Shown: positions 1-13,429, counted from the stretch's first letter. The stretch: DNA of 64,000 nucleotides from Mobula hypostoma (GCF_963921235.1 NC_086106.1:19716001-19780000); one strand, 5' to 3'. Numbers and translations: made by a program. The notes: generated from the sequence alone by a model not told the origin.

Positions 1-204
1 CCTCTGTCTCAACTTTTGTTGAGTGTGTTGCAGCCATCAAATTCTGAATTTGTGTATGTTTACAAAATACAAATAAATTGGTCAGTAAACCTATTGAAAA
101 TCTTTTCTTTGTACTTTTGTCAGTTAAATAAAGGTTCACATGAATTAACATATCACAGATTTTTGTTTTTATTGCATTTTGGAAAATATCCCAACTTTTC
201 TGGA

Positions 205-1426
205 AATGGGGTTTGTATATTTGGATTTTCAAAAGGCTTTTGGCAAGGTCCCACACAGGAGATTAGTGTGCAAACTTAAAGCACACGGTATTGGGGGTAC
301 GGTGTTGATGTGGATAGAGAATTGGTTAGCAGACAGGAAGCAAAGAGTGAGAATAGATGGGACCTTTTCAGAATGGCAGGCAGTGACTAGTGGGGTACCG
401 CAGGGCTCAGTGTTGGGACCCCAGTTGTTTACAATATATATTAATGATTTAGACGAGGGAACTAAATGTAGCATCTCTAAGTTTGCGGATGACACGAAGC
501 TGGGCGGCAGTGTTAGCTCTGAGGAGGATGGTAAGAGGATGCAGGGTGACTTGGATAGGTTAGGTGAGTGGGCAAATTCATGGCAGATGCAATTTAATGT
601 GGATAAATGTGAGGTTATCCACTTTGGTGGCAAGAACAGGAAAACAGATTATTATCTGAATGGTGGCCAATTAGGAAAAGGGGAGGTGCAACGAGACCTG
701 GGTGTCATTGTACACCAGTCATTGAAAGTGGGCATGCAGGTACAGCAGGCAGTGAAAAAGGCGAATGGTATGTTGGCATACATAGAAAAAGGATTCGAGT
801 ACAGGAGCAGGGAGGTACTACTGCAGTTGTACAAGGCTTTAGTGAGACCACACCTGGAGTACTGTGTGCAGTTTTGGTTCCCTAATCTGAGGAAAGACAT
901 TCTTGCCATAGAGGGAGTACAAAGAAGGTTCACCAGATTGATTCCTGGGATGGCAGGACTTTCATATGATGAAAGACTGGATCAACTAGGCTTATACACA
1001 CTGTAATTTAGAAGATTGAGAGGGGATCTGATTGAAACGTATAAAATCCTAAAGGGATTGGACAGGCTAGATGCAGGAAGATTGTTCCCGATGTTGGGGA
1101 AGTCCAGAACGAGGAGTCACAGTTTAAGGATAAAGGGGAAGCCTTTTAGGACCGAGATTAGGAAAAACTTCTTCACACAGCGAGTGGTGAATCTGTGGAA
1201 TTCTCTGCCACAGGAAACAGCTGAGGTCAGTTAATTGGCTATATTTAAGAGGGAGTTAGATATGGCTCTTGTGACTAAAGGGATCAGGGGGTATGGAGAG
1301 AAAGCAGGTACAGTGTTCTGAGTTGGATGATCAGCCATGATCATACTGAATGGTGGTGCAGGCTCAAAGGGCCGAATGGTCTACTCCTGCACCTATTTTC
1401 TATGTTTCTATGTTTCTATGTTTCTA
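205..1426 (+). mobile_element. 5'-truncated CR1 LINE (RT C-terminal half, 3' UTR, (TTTCTATG)n tail)
   Basis: ORF 179-1006 has VYLDFQKAF, GVPQGSVLGPQLF and FADDTKL. A TAA at 1004-1006 interrupts it and the frame resumes at 1016. Tail at ~1397-1426. Same subfamily as the 47.4-50.3 kb copy. Confidence 0.95.
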
Positions 1427-1429
1427 AGG

Positions 1430-2720
1430 GATCGGATATATGTGTACCTGGATAGACATAGACTGATGAAGGATAGTCAACATGGCTTTCTGTACGTCGG
1501 TCACGTCTAACCATTCTTATGGAGTTTTTTGAGGAAGTTACCAGGAAAGTTGATGAAGGCAAGGCAGTGGATGTCATCTGCATGGACCTTAGCAAGGCAC
1601 TTGACGAAGTCCCGTATGGGAGGTTGGTCAGGAAGGTTCAGTCGCAAGACATTCAAGATGAGTTAGTAAATTGAATTAGACATTGGTTTTGTGGGAGAAG
1701 CCAGAGAGTGATATTAGATGTTTGCCTCTCTGACTGGAGGCCTGTGACTAGTGGAGTTTCGCAGGGATCAGTGCTGGGTCCATTGTTGTTTGTCATCTGT
1801 ATCAATAATCTGGATGATAACGTGGTTAACTGGATCAGCAAGTTTGCAATTGATACCAGAATTGGGGTTGTAGTAGGCAGCAAAAAAGACTATCAGAGCT
1901 TGCAGTGGGATCTAAAGCAGCTGCTAAAATAGGCTGAAAAATGGCAGATGGAATTTAATACAGACGAGCGCAAGGTTTTGCACTTCAGTAGGACCAACCA
2001 GGGTAGGTCTTACACAGTGAACAATAGGACACTGAGGAATGTGGTAGAACAAAGTGATCTGTGAATACAGGTCTATAATTCATTGAAAATGGAGGCACAG
2101 GTAGGTAGGATCATAAAGAAAGCTATTGGCACATTGGCCTTCCTAAATATATTGTGTAAAAATTGTATAAAACATTCGTGAGGCCTAATTTGGAGTAGAA
2201 TGAGCAGCTTTGGTCACTTAGCTACAGAAAGATGTAAATAAGCTTGAAAGAATACAAATAAAATTTAAACGATGCTGCCGAGACTGGAAAACCTGAGTTA
2301 TAAGGAAAGATTGGATGGATTAGAATTTAATTCCTTGAAACATAGAAGATTGAGGAGAGATTTGATAGTGGTATACAAAATTATCAGAGGTGGAGATACA
2401 GTAAATGCAAGCGGGCTTTTTCTCCTGAGGTTGGGTGAGACTACAACTGGAGATCATGCATTAATGGTGAAAGGTGAAATAGTTAAGGGAAACCTGAGGG
2501 CAAACTTCTTCACTCAGAGTTTTGTGAGAGTGTGGAATGAGCTGCCAGAGCAAGTGATGCTTGCAAGCTCAATTTCAATGTTTAAGAGAAGTTTGGATGG
2601 TTACATGGATGGGAGAGGTATGGTCTGGTTGCAAGTCAAAGGGACTTGGCAGTTTAAATAGCTTGGCACAGATTAGATGGGCTGATGGGCCTGTTTCTGT
2701 GCTGTACTTTTCTGTGACTC
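1430..2720 (+). mobile_element. Degenerate CR1 LINE (RT and 3' end)
   Basis: Fragments WRPVTSGVSQGSVLGPLLFVICIN and NFFTQSFVRVWNELP with many stops and frameshifts. Confidence 0.85.
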
Positions 2721-3559
2721 AATGACTGCCAGACAATGACCAAGACCAGACAGTCTGTGTCTGCATTGCTTGCAGTTGAGAAGAATCCAGATTTCTGGAC
2801 AAACATGTCAGATGTAAAAGGGGCACGAGAGGGTAGATGTTGGGAGAATTTCACCTGTCATAGAGCAACGAACAAGGGGACAGAGTTACAAAGTAAGGAG
2901 CAGGACATTTGAAACTGTGGTGCAAAGAAATTTCTTCCCTCAGATGGAATGAATTCCCAGAAATCTCAGCCCAGAGGATGGAATCTGGTGGTCTGCACTT
3001 CCTCCTGTTTTCTTCTTGTGAGTTCAGTGGAGACAGAGACAGAGAGGATTAGAAGAAGAGACAAAGGATGAGATCAGAACTATGCAAATAGAGAAATAGG
3101 TGTATGAATGCTCAAAGAGAGAAGGCAGAGGTCAGTGTTACCAATCTAAGATGAATGCAGGGAATACAAAAAGGTATCATTGTGAGTATTCCACAAAGCT
3201 GGTGTGTTTTGAAAGACAGTAATTCAGTATGTTCAGATGTAAGGTGTGGTTGGTGACACAGACTCTGGAGTAATAGGTGATTTTGAGACCATGGTGAACA
3301 ACCCCTTCGACCAGAACAGAATCAGAATTAGCGTTAATATCACTGACATTTGTCATAAAACTTGTTATTTTAGTACAGCAATACATTGCAATAGATCATA
3401 ATAAAAAGTGATGCATTTCAATATGAAGTAAATAAAAAGATTAAATAAAATAAGTCGTGCAATTTAGGACTGGAAGAAAAAAGGTAAGGAGTTGGAGTGG
3501 AAAGGCAGGGGGTGGGGAGGGGAAAACAAAAAGAGGTAAATGAAATTGGGAAGGGGATG

Positions 3560-4095
3560 GGCGCCACCCATTTTAGTTCCACTTCCCATTCCCATTCCGA
3601 CATGGTAATCCATAGCCTCTTCTAGTGTCGCAAAGAGGCTACACTCAGGTTAGAGGAATGGTGCCTTACTTGCATCGCCTCCAACCTGATGGCATGAATG
3701 TCGATTTCTCAAACTCCCAGTAATGCCCCCCTCCTCCACCATTGCCCATCCTCTCTTCGCCCTCTCACCTTGCCTACCCATTGCTTCCCTTCGGTGCTGT
3801 TCCCCCTTTTCATTCTTCCATGGCCTTCTGTCCTCTCCTATCAGATTCCCCCTTCTTCAGCCCTGTATCTTTTTCACCAATGAAATTCCCAGCTCTTTAC
3901 TTCACTTCTACCACTTCTGGTTTCACCTATCACTTTGTGTTTCTCCCTCCCCTCTCCCCACCTTTTAAATCTGACTCATCATCTTCTTTTTCTCCAGTCC
4001 TGATTAAGGGTCTCAGCCTGAAACGTCGACTGTACTCTTTTCCACAGATACTGCCTGGCCTGCTCAGTTCTTCCAGCATTTTGTGAGTGTTGCAA
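3560..4095 (+). mobile_element. Penelope-like element 3' fragment
   Basis: Matches the end of the GIY-YIG ORF (CTCCAACCTGATGGCATGAA) and the pyrimidine-rich 3' region ending GCTGCCTGGCCTGCT...CCAGCATTTTG, as in the other copies in this window. Confidence 0.75.
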
Positions 4096-5344
4096 GAGTC
4101 TGAGTTCATCTGGTGCTTTCAAAACTTGACTTTCTTCCAAAATACTAACACAAGGTCTGTCTGTCCATCAATAAAGGCCCACCTAGGCTTCTTGTGCAGC
4201 ATCTCAGACAGATGTGCGAGAGTGCAGCACTCCTTCAGTACTAGTACCAGGGTCATTGACCTACAGTCTGTTCCCAAGCCTTGGGACAACGGCTTGAACA
4301 CACAACCAGAAGTGACTGTGCCAGATTCTAGTTTTAGATTACAAACTATTTCACTGATGTTCTTTGGTGAAGGACACTGGCCTCCCTACCCTGTTTACCT
4401 GTATCCATCAGTCCCACACCAAACACTTCACTGCTCTGTGATGGGCCTGCTGGAGCAGAGCAAGGAATGCCGGCCTTGTCAGTGAGGGAATGATGAAATA
4501 ATGACTGCAGGGTCAATGTTCTCACACCAGCGTCTCAGAAACATGAAGCAAGTCTATCTGTCAGCAGAACTGGAGGAACTGAGTTCTACTGGAGCAGGCA
4601 TTGTGGAATGTAACTGGACACCAGACAGTTGTTGAGTTCCAGTAAACCAGAGAGATGCACAGTACTCAGCCAGGCACAGAACTAGTGCTGAAGCAATGGT
4701 ACAGAGTACACTTGTGATGCTACTCAATGTTATCCCTTTCTCTCTTCACAATGTTCTCTAACCTGCTGAACACTTACCATAATTTCTCTTTCATTTCCAA
4801 AAGTAAAAAGCCTTTACATTTTAGATGTGTAGAGTCACTGGTGGTGTAAACATTGGCCTGGATGGTGTAAGAGCAGATAGTCCAGGTAAATGTCATATGA
4901 ATAAAAAAGTCCATTCCCAATAAGAACCCTCTAAAGTCTCCCCTCCCCACCAGATGAGACGGAAAGAAGTTGGGTCACTGGGTTCTCTGCAGCAAAGATT
5001 CCCATGGACAGAGTGGCCAACAACTCCAATTGTCAACCTTCAATTGATGGTTGATCCGACAACAGTGTGGTTTACCTCACAATGACATCATCCTGACTTA
5101 AACAATCAAGATTAAGTGCTTTCTCATTAGCTCAGAATGAAAATAGATATTTCTGTGATGAACTATGTATCAAAAACATGACTCAAGTCATCAAATTAAG
5201 TTGAGCTTATTGGTAAGTGCACAAGTACCTAGAGGTGCAAGTAAAACAAGGCATTAGTGCAAAGAAAAGCAGACATTCAACTTGAAGAGATTCATGGAAG
5301 TTTGGAACAGTCTTCCACAGTGTCAGGCCTCTGAAGGTCATTTT

Positions 5345-5900
5345 AAACATGAGATTGAGTGTCGAGGGTCGGTGTCACGACAGGAGACTTGTGTGTCATC
5401 AGGGAGGTCAGAAAATCCTTCGCTGTGGGCCAGAAGACCCGAGGTCTTTGCGGTCTTCGGACACAGAGCTCAAAAAATGCGATGAAACAGACTTTTAACA
5501 TCGTAAACCAGCGGGTTGTTGTTATGTCTCCTGCTCGCTGTAAAAATGGAGGACACCTCCCTCTCCCTTGCCAGGGAAAGCGAGAACCTGTGGTTTGTCG
5601 AATGTCGGATGAAATGCAAGCCTTTGGGATAACTTTGGTCTGTGTCTTTGCGATTGCTTAGGACATTCTTGGGCTCGATGACAGCTGGTGGGAGGAGGGG
5701 GGATTGTTGCTTGCTGCCGCTTATGCGTAAGGGGGGGAGCTGGTGGGGTACTTTGGGGTTTTCAGGTTTAACTGTCATTCATTCTTTGGGGCACTTCTCT
5801 GTTTTTGTGGATGTTTGGAAGAAGAAACATTTCAGGATGTATATTGTATACATTTCTCTGACATTAAATTGGACCTTTGAATTTTTGAACCTTTGAATGG
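5345..5900 (+). mobile_element. Short non-autonomous retroelement with (CCTTTGAA)-type tandem tail
   Basis: CpG-rich 5' part, T-rich 3' part and tail ATTAAATTGGACCTTTGAATTTTTGAACCTTTGAA. No credible ORF. Family not identified. Confidence 0.5.
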
Positions 5901-6092
5901 TTTGGATAATCCCTGGGCAAAAGTCAGGTCAATGCAGTTGGTCATAGATCAAGTACAAGGTCATTGAATGGTGGAACTGGCTCAAGCCTCCTGTGTTCCT
6001 GTCTTCCTGTTGTCCTCACATGATTGGGATGTTGTTGACCTTCAGGAAACATCAATAAGAAACTAACTGTCTCACTTTCTCAATTGTTTCAG

Positions 6093-6235
6093 AAACCTGC
6101 ACAGACTTGACAGGAGAGGAGGGGAAGGAAGAACAGGGACATGTGGATGGAGATGACAATGTGCTTACCGTTGCTGCCTTTGCCATTCTGTTCATCATCA
6201 GTTTCCTCTACAGCACCTTCGTCACCGTTGTCAAG
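6093..6235 (+). CDS. Immunoglobulin heavy-chain transmembrane exon TM1 (probably IgW class)
   Basis: Acceptor TTGTTTCAG (AG 6091-92), phase 1. Translates (E)TCTDLTGEEGKEEQGHVDGDDNVLTVAAFAILFIISFLYSTFVTVVK, then donor GTAAC at 6236. An acidic spacer, a hydrophobic helix with the CART-type F..SFLYST.VT motif and a terminal K are diagnostic of membrane IgH. It lacks the WTTASTF motif I associate with shark IgM, so the IgW assignment is tentative. Confidence 0.93.
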
Positions 6236-6589
6236 GTAACTAATTGACTAACAGAGACATCCCATGAAACCCAAACTTTCACCTTATTATCTCACATTGC
6301 ATTCTCTGACACTGCAATCCCAACGACAGTACAATCAACAGACAATGCAGTCTGAGGCCCTTCACAACCCCTGGACTTTGGACCTTTCCTCTTTACTACT
6401 CGCCTCTGGGCTTTGATAAGCAGAAGGTGGCAGAATGTGAATGGGTATTTGGGGCAATAATCGTGAACTTAAACAAGGAAATCAAGCAAGAGTTGTACTG
6501 AGAGAACAACAGGTTAAGGGTAAGAAGAGCAGCAGGCTCAAAATTCTGGAGGAAATCACCAGGACAGGCAGCATCTAGGAAAGAAGTAC

Positions 6590-6925
6590 AGGTGGCCTCC
6601 AACCTGAAGACATGATCATTGACTTCTCGAACTTTTGTTTATTCCCCCACCCGCTTCTCCTTCACCAATTCCATCCCCCTTTCCCTCTCTCACCTTATCT
6701 CCTTGCCTGCCCATCGCTTCCCCCGATACTCCTCCCCACTTTTCTTTCTTCCATGACCTTCTGTCTCCTTTACCAATTTACTTCCCAGCTCTTTACTTCA
6801 TCCCTCCCCCTTCAGGTTTCACCTATCACCTGGTGTAGATGCTGCCTGGCCTTCTGAGTTCCTCCAGCATTGTGTTGGTGTTGCTCAGATTTCCAGCATC
6901 TGCAGATTTTCTCTAGTTTGTGAAG
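6590..6925 (+). mobile_element. Penelope-like 3' fragment
   Basis: GCCTCCAACCTGAAGACATGATCATTGACTTCTCGAACTT followed by the same pyrimidine-rich tail as other copies. Confidence 0.7.
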
Positions 6926-6929
6926 GGTA

Positions 6930-9900
6930 AGAAGAGGATGATTTGGCAGATGAATGCATGGCTGAGGAACTCTTACAGGGGGCAGGGGTTCAGATCTCTG
7001 GATCATTGAAGTCTCTTCTACGACCTGTACAAATGGGGTACAGCTGAAAATGAGGGGCACCAGTTCTCTGGGCAGGTTTGCTAGAACTGTTTGGGAGGGT
7101 ATAAACTAATTTGGCAGGGGGATGGGCAGCAAAGTGATAGTGCTGAGGATAATGTAGTTGGTTTACAAACAGAGGCAGTGAGTATTGAGACTGTGAGCAA
7201 GGAGAGGCTGATGATAGGGCAAAATTGCAGTCAATGAAATGAGTTGCAATGTAAAAGGGTGATGAATACAAGACTAAAGGTGTTGTACGTAAATGCACAC
7301 AGTGTATGGAATAAGGTAGATGAACTTGTTGCACAGCTACAGATTGACATGTATGACATTGTGGACATCACTGAACCCTGACTGAAAGGAGATTACAGCT
7401 GGGAGCTTAACATCCAATGATACACATCTTGAAGGGACAGGCAGGTAGGCAGAGGGAGTGGGATGGCTCTGTGGTGAAAAAGCAAAATCAAATCAATGGA
7501 GAGAGATGACAGAGGATCAGGAGATAAAGAATCATTGTGGGCAGAGTCAATGAACTGCAAAGGTAAAAGACGCTGATAGGAGTTGCATACAGACCTCTGA
7601 ACAGTAGCAAAGATGTGGTCTACAAATTACCACAGGAGAGAGAATATGCAAGTCAAAAGTGTAATGTTAGTGTAGTCTTTGGGAATTTCAACATGCAGGG
7701 AAATTTGGAAAATCATGTTGGTGCTGCATCTCACAAGAAGGAATTTGTACAATGCCTACAAGTTTGTTTTTTGGAGCAGCTGATGATTGAACCTACAGAG
7801 TGATTAGCTATTCTGAATTGGGTGCCGTGCAATGAATTGGAATAGTTTGGAAAGTATAAGGTAAAGCAACCCTTAGGAGGGAATTATCATAATATGATAT
7901 AATTCACCCTGCAATTTGAGAAGAAAAAGCTAAAGTCGGATGTAGATACAGAGGCATGAGAGAGGAGCTGGCCAAAATTGATTGGAAGGGGACACTAGTC
8001 ATAGTCATACTTTATTGATCCTGGGGGACATTGGTTTTCGTTACAGTTGCTCCATAAATAATAAATAGTAATAGAACCATAAATAGTTAAATAGTAATAT
8101 GTAAATTATGACAGTAAATTATGAAATAAGTCCAGAACCAGCCTATCAGCTCAGGGAAGGAGTTGTAAAGTTTGATGGCCACAGGCAGGAATGACTTCCT
8201 ATGATGCTCTGTGCTGCATCTCGGAGGAATGGGTCTCTGGCTGAATGTACTCCTGTGCCCACCCAATACATTATGTAGTGGATTGGAGACATTGTCCAAG
8301 ATGGCATGTAACTTGGACAGCATCCTCTTTTCAGACACCACTGTCAGAGAGTCCAGTTCCATCCCCACAACATCACTGGCCTTATGAATGAGTTTGTTAA
8401 TTTTGTTGGTGTCTGCTACCCTCAGCCTGCTGCCCCAGCACACAACAGCAAACATGATCGCACTGGCCACCACAGACTCGTAGAACATCCTCAGCATTGT
8501 CCGGCAGATGTTAAAGGACCTCAGTCTCCTCAGGAAATAGAGAAGGCTCTGACCGTTCTTGTAGACAGCCTCAGTGTTCTTTGACCAGTCCAGTTTGTTG
8601 TCAATTCGTATCCCCAGGTATTTGTAATCCTCCACCATATCCACACTGACCTCCTGGATGGAAGCAGTGGTCACCGGTACCTTAGCTCTCCTTAGGTCTA
8701 CCACCAGCTCCTTAGTCTTTTTCACATTAAGCTGCAGATAATTCTGCTCACACCATGTGACAAAGTTTCCTACCGTAGACCTGTACTCAACCTCATCTCC
8801 CTTGCTGATGCATCCAACTATGGCAGAGACATCCAAAAACTTCTGAAGGTGACAAGACTCTGTGCAGTAGTTGAAGTCCGAGGTGTAAATGGTGAAGCGA
8901 AAGGGAGACAAGACAGTCCCCTGTGGAGCCCCAGTGCTGCTGATCACTCTGTCGGACACACAATGTTGCAAGCACACATACTGTAGTCTGCCAGTCAGGT
9001 AATCAAGAATCCATGATACCAGGGAAGCATCCACCTGCACCGCTGTCAGCTTCTCCCCCAGCAGAGCAGGGCGGATGGTGTTGAACGCACTGGAGAAGTC
9101 AAAAAACATGACCCTCACAGTGCTCGCTGGCTTGCCCAGGTAGCCATAGACACGGTTCAGCAGGAAGACGATGGCATCCTCAACTCCTAGTCGGGCTGGT
9201 AGGCAAACTGGAGGAGATCTAAGTGTGGCCTGACCATAGGCTGGGGAGCAGCTCCAGAACAAGTCTCTCCAAGGTCTTCATGATGTGGGAGGTCAATGCC
9301 ACCGGTCTGTAGTCGTTGAGGCCGCTGGGGCGCGGCGTCTTCGGCACAGAGACATGGCAGGACGTCTTCCACAGTACAGGAACTCTCTGGAGACTCAGAC
9401 TCAGGTTGAATACATGGCGAAGTACTCCACGTAGCTGAGGGGCACAGGCTTTGAGCATCCTGGTACTGACACCATCCCGTCCTGCAGCCTTGCTAGAGCA
9501 GCGAAGGCTGGAGTTTCTGGGAGCAATTCAGAAGGCACAGGATAGATCCAAACCAAAGAAGCAGTATTCTAAAGGCAGGAAAATGCAATTGTGCAAACAA
9601 CAGCCAAGATAAAAGCCAAACATAAGCAAAAGCCAAACATAAGTTAAAGCCAACATAAAAAAGCAAAGAGAAGGCATATAATAAGGCAAAAATTAGAGAA
9701 GTTAGAGGATTGCAAAGCTTTTGCAAACTAACAGAAGGTCAAGAAAAAATGTTATAAATAAGGAGAGGGGGAAAGATAATGGCAACCAGGCCAATAATAT
9801 TAGAGAAGATACCAAATGTTTCTTCAGAAAAAAAGTATAAAAGAGAGCTGACAGTAGATATTGGACTGCTGGAAAACGATGCTGGAGAGGTAGTAATAGG

Positions 9901-11600
9901 GGACAAGGAAATTGTGGACAAACTGAATAAGTATTTTGCATCAGTTTTCACTGTAGAAGACACCAGCAGTATGCCAGAAGTTTGAGAGTGTCAGGTGGCT
10001 GAAGTGAATGAAGTTGCCATTACAAGGGAGAAGGTTCTTGGGAAACTGAAAGATCTGAGATATGTAAGTCACATGAAACAGATGGTCTACACCCAGGGTT
10101 CTGAAAGAGGGGGCTAAAGAGATTGTAGAGGCATTAGTAATGATCTTTGAACAATCACTAGATTCTAGCATGTTTCCGTAGAATATGAACATTGCAAATA
10201 TCACTCCACTCATCAAGAGGGAAGCAAGGCAGAGGAATGGAAGTTATAGACCAGTTAGACTGGCTTCAGCAGTTGGGTAGATATTGGAGTCAATTGCTAA
10301 AGATATGGCTTTGGGGTACCCTGAGACACATTATGGAATAGACTGAAGTCAACGTGGTTTCCTCAAGGGAAAATCTTGCCTGATAAAGCTGATGAAATAA
10401 TTTGAAGAAATAACAAGCAAGAATCAGTGGATGTTGTGTACTTGGATTTTCAGAAGGAGTCTGACAAGATTCTACACATGGCTGCTTAACAAACTACATG
10501 GTATTACAGTAAAGTTAATAGCATGGATAGAACATTGGCTGACTGGCAGGAGACAAAGAGTAGGAATAAAGGGAGCCTTATCTGGTTGGCTGCTGGTGAC
10601 TAGTGGTGTTCCATAAGGGTCTATGTTGGGACCACTTCTTCTTTTCATGTTATATGCCAATGATTTCGATAACAGAATTGATGGCTTTTATGGCCAAGTT
10701 TGTGAATAATCCAAAAAATGGTGGCAGGGCAGGGAGTGTCGAGGAAGCAGAGGTGCTACAGAAGGACTTAGATTGATCAGCAGAATGGGCTGAGTCGCAG
10801 ATAGAATAAAACGTTGGGGAGCATATATTCATGCATTTTGGTAGAAGATAGGAAAGGGTAGACTGTTTTCTCAATTGAGAAAATTCAAAAATCTGAGGTG
10901 CAGAGAGAATTGGGAGTCCTTGTGCAGGATTCCATAAGGGTTAATTTGCAGGTTGAGTCTGTGGTGAGAAAGGCAAATGCAATGTTAACATTCATTTCAA
11001 GAGGGCTAGAATATAAAAGCAAGGATGTAATGTTGAGGATTTTTAAGGCACTGGTGTGGCCTCAGTTAGAGTACCGTGAGCACTTTTGGGCCTATTATCT
11101 AAGAGAGGATGTGCTGACGTTGAAGAGGGTTCAAAGGAAGTTCAGAAAAACTTTTCCGGGACTGAAATTCTTATCATATAAGGAGCGTGTGATGGCTCTG
11201 TCCCTGTACTCACAAAAGTTCAGAAGAATAAGGGGCTATCTCATTGAAGCCTATCAAATGGTGATGTGGAGAGGATTTTTCCAATGGAGGGGAGTCTATG
11301 GCAAGAGGACACAGCCTCAGTATAGAGGGACAGCCATTTAGAAAAGAGATGAGGAGGAATTTCTTCAGCCAGAGAGGGGTGAATCTGTGGAATTCATTGG
11401 CACAAGCAGCTGTGGAGACCAAGTCATTGGGTCTATTTAAAGAAGAGGTTGATAGATTCTTGGTTAGTCAGGGCATAAGGGATACTGAGAAAAGGCAGAT
11501 GATTGGGGCTGAGAAGGAAATTGGATGAGCCATGATGAAATACAGGATCAGACTCATTGGGCTGAATGGCATAATTCTGCTCCTATATCTTATCTTATGA
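6930..11600 (+). mobile_element. Long degenerate CR1 LINE (endonuclease to 3' UTR), split by a Rex1 insertion
   Basis: APE remnants (~7250-7900), RT remnants (GWLLVTSGVP, LGVLVQDSIRVNLQVESVVRKANAML, RRNFFSQRGVNLWNSL) and 3' end ~11600. Many stops. Confidence 0.85.
7996..9492 (-). mobile_element. Rex1/Babar non-LTR retrotransposon, 5'-truncated, nested in CR1
   Basis: ORFs 8087-9262 and 9219-9458 (frameshift): DYRPVALTSHIMKTLERL, VMFFDFSSAFNTI, GAPQGTVLSPF, YKYLGIRIDNKLDW. The 3' tail reads AATAAAG(TATGAC)n on the minus strand at ~7996-8016. Confidence 0.92.
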
Positions 11601-11824
11601 TCTTACTCAGGACATAAAACATTAGCCCAACTGCAGATCACCCAAAAGTTCTGAACTGGTATTCAGATTCTTGTTGTGCGGTGACCTCGGAGAATACTGA
11701 CAGACACCTCTTCATGGGGTTTCATCTCCTAGAATGAGATGTTGTTTAGTTCACCTGTCCTCACAGGTTAATGTCTGTACTGCACCTTGTCACACAATAT
11801 CATACTCTCCTGTCTATATTTCAG

Positions 11825-11836
11825 GTTCAGCAGTGA
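11825..11836 (+). CDS. Probable IgH cytoplasmic-tail exon TM2 (VQQ*)
   Basis: Pyrimidine tract CTCTCCTGTCTATATTTCAG then GTT CAG CAG TGA. Phase 0 fits TM1 (...VVK|VQQ*). It is the first unique sequence after the intronic repeats and has AATAAA 126 nt downstream. The exon is short, so this is inference. Confidence 0.65.
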   Translation, partial: VQQ

Positions 11837-11961
11837 CCAGCAGACACACGCCCCACATTCAGTCAAGAGATCCCCGTGTGGCTGCGATGTTTGGAAATGG
11901 AGTCTCCATCTCACTCACTCGGCAATCCAAGGCTACTGCACTGCAACTGCTCATTTCAGGA

Positions 11962-11967
11962 AATAAA
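11962..11967 (+). terminator. Polyadenylation signal of the putative membrane-form IgH mRNA
   Basis: AATAAA in unique sequence downstream of the TM2 stop. Confidence 0.55.
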
Positions 11968-13429
11968 CCTCTAAATGTACCGGGGATGCCAGATGGGAAA
12001 TGGGGGCACAGAGCCGGTTCAGTGGGCGGAGGGACAGCAGTGGATGATACATTGGGAAAATGGCAGGATATGTGACACTGGAGGGGGTTTACAGGAGGGG
12101 AGAGGAAGGCAGGGTTAAGGCTTGGGAATGGGGAGCAGGGGAATGGGGGTGTGTTTAGTGATGGAGAAGGGGGAGTTGAGGAAGTGGTTATTATTGTTAT
12201 GGAGCAAGAAGTTGACATGGGGAGGGAGAGTGTGGTGGAGGATGTTCTGTTAAATTTTGTAAATCAGATGTTGTAGAAATCATTGCCTGTAGCTTTTCTT
12301 CCAGTTTTCCACTGGAGTTTATGTCATGTCATGATTTGAAATTTTATTCATTAAAAAAAAGAAAAGGAGAACATGAAGTGACTGCAGTTGATAAAACTGA
12401 GGGAAGCCATTCAGCCCATCTTAGTTCCCTCATCACTGCAGAGATTCCATCTGCCTCCACGTACGAGTGGGTAATGCATCCCGGGACAAATATCGGAGAG
12501 ATTCCCAGCCTGTAATATATGAGTGTAGCCCCACACGTACTGCTCATGTTCATAAGGGATTTCCCACAGTGGGAACACTGGGGTGCTGTACCCCGAGAAA
12601 GATATTCAGGAAAACACAGAGGCTCATTGGAAGAGTTTCTCATAACCCTGTTGTACATCCCAGAGCCAGATATTGGTGGAATGATTCATAATGAGAGCCT
12701 CAATCCCATATTTCAGCATATTATCCTAATTCTCCACCATCCTTGTCCCATAAAGCTGTGGGGACAGGAGCTTCTCCATTGCACACACAATCTCCCTTCA
12801 ATGTCTCAGCTGAAGGGCAGAACCTCTGTCCCTCTGTATGACAGTGAACAGTCAAGTCAGCCTGAATTTCTGTTGTCAGGTCAGTGAAAAATGACCTAAC
12901 AGCATCAGATCCCTGGAAGAGAACTCACTGTGGGGACCAAAGCTTTCGGTCTTCCCAGTGTTTAGCTGAAAGAAACTTTGTGCATCCTGCAGCATCCCCC
13001 ATCAGAGAGTGTGGAGCTGTTGGTACAAGTACAGGTGACACAGAACTGGAGATCGACCACGTACATGTTTTAATGTGATGTTAGCAGGAGAGAGCATTTT
13101 GAAAAAATATGTCAATGCAGGAAAATGCAACAGATACTGTGTAAAACACACCAGGAGTAGACAACATAAACAGGTGGTAGATTAATGCAAACCAAGAATA
13201 GAATAGAATGCAACAGCTATTTGGGGGATGGACACCAGCACCTGATTCGAGCAGAGTAAGTCCAAGGAACAGACATTGCAGGAAGGCACACAGGACCAGA
13301 AGGTCAGGGGATGTTGTGGAGCTAGGGAGTCTGCGGAAACTGTTCGAGAGAGTGGGAAACGAAGTGGCAGATGGAATACAGCAAATCAATGAGGTTTTCA
13401 TTAAGAACGGTGGAGGGGGTGCTGCTAGG

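Noticed and set aside
9585-9680. A-rich AAAGCCAAACATAA repeats (possible array)
   Set aside because: Local slippage duplication within the CR1 linker region; no spacers.
11734-12075. 113-aa ORF over the TM2 region
   Set aside because: No homology recognised; better explained as intron end, VQQ* exon and 3' UTR.
12926-12960. CACTGTG followed by a GTKLSVFP-like string resembling a J segment
   Set aside because: No nonamer at 12 or 23 spacing, no F/W-G-x-G motif, needs a frameshift, and no good splice donor.
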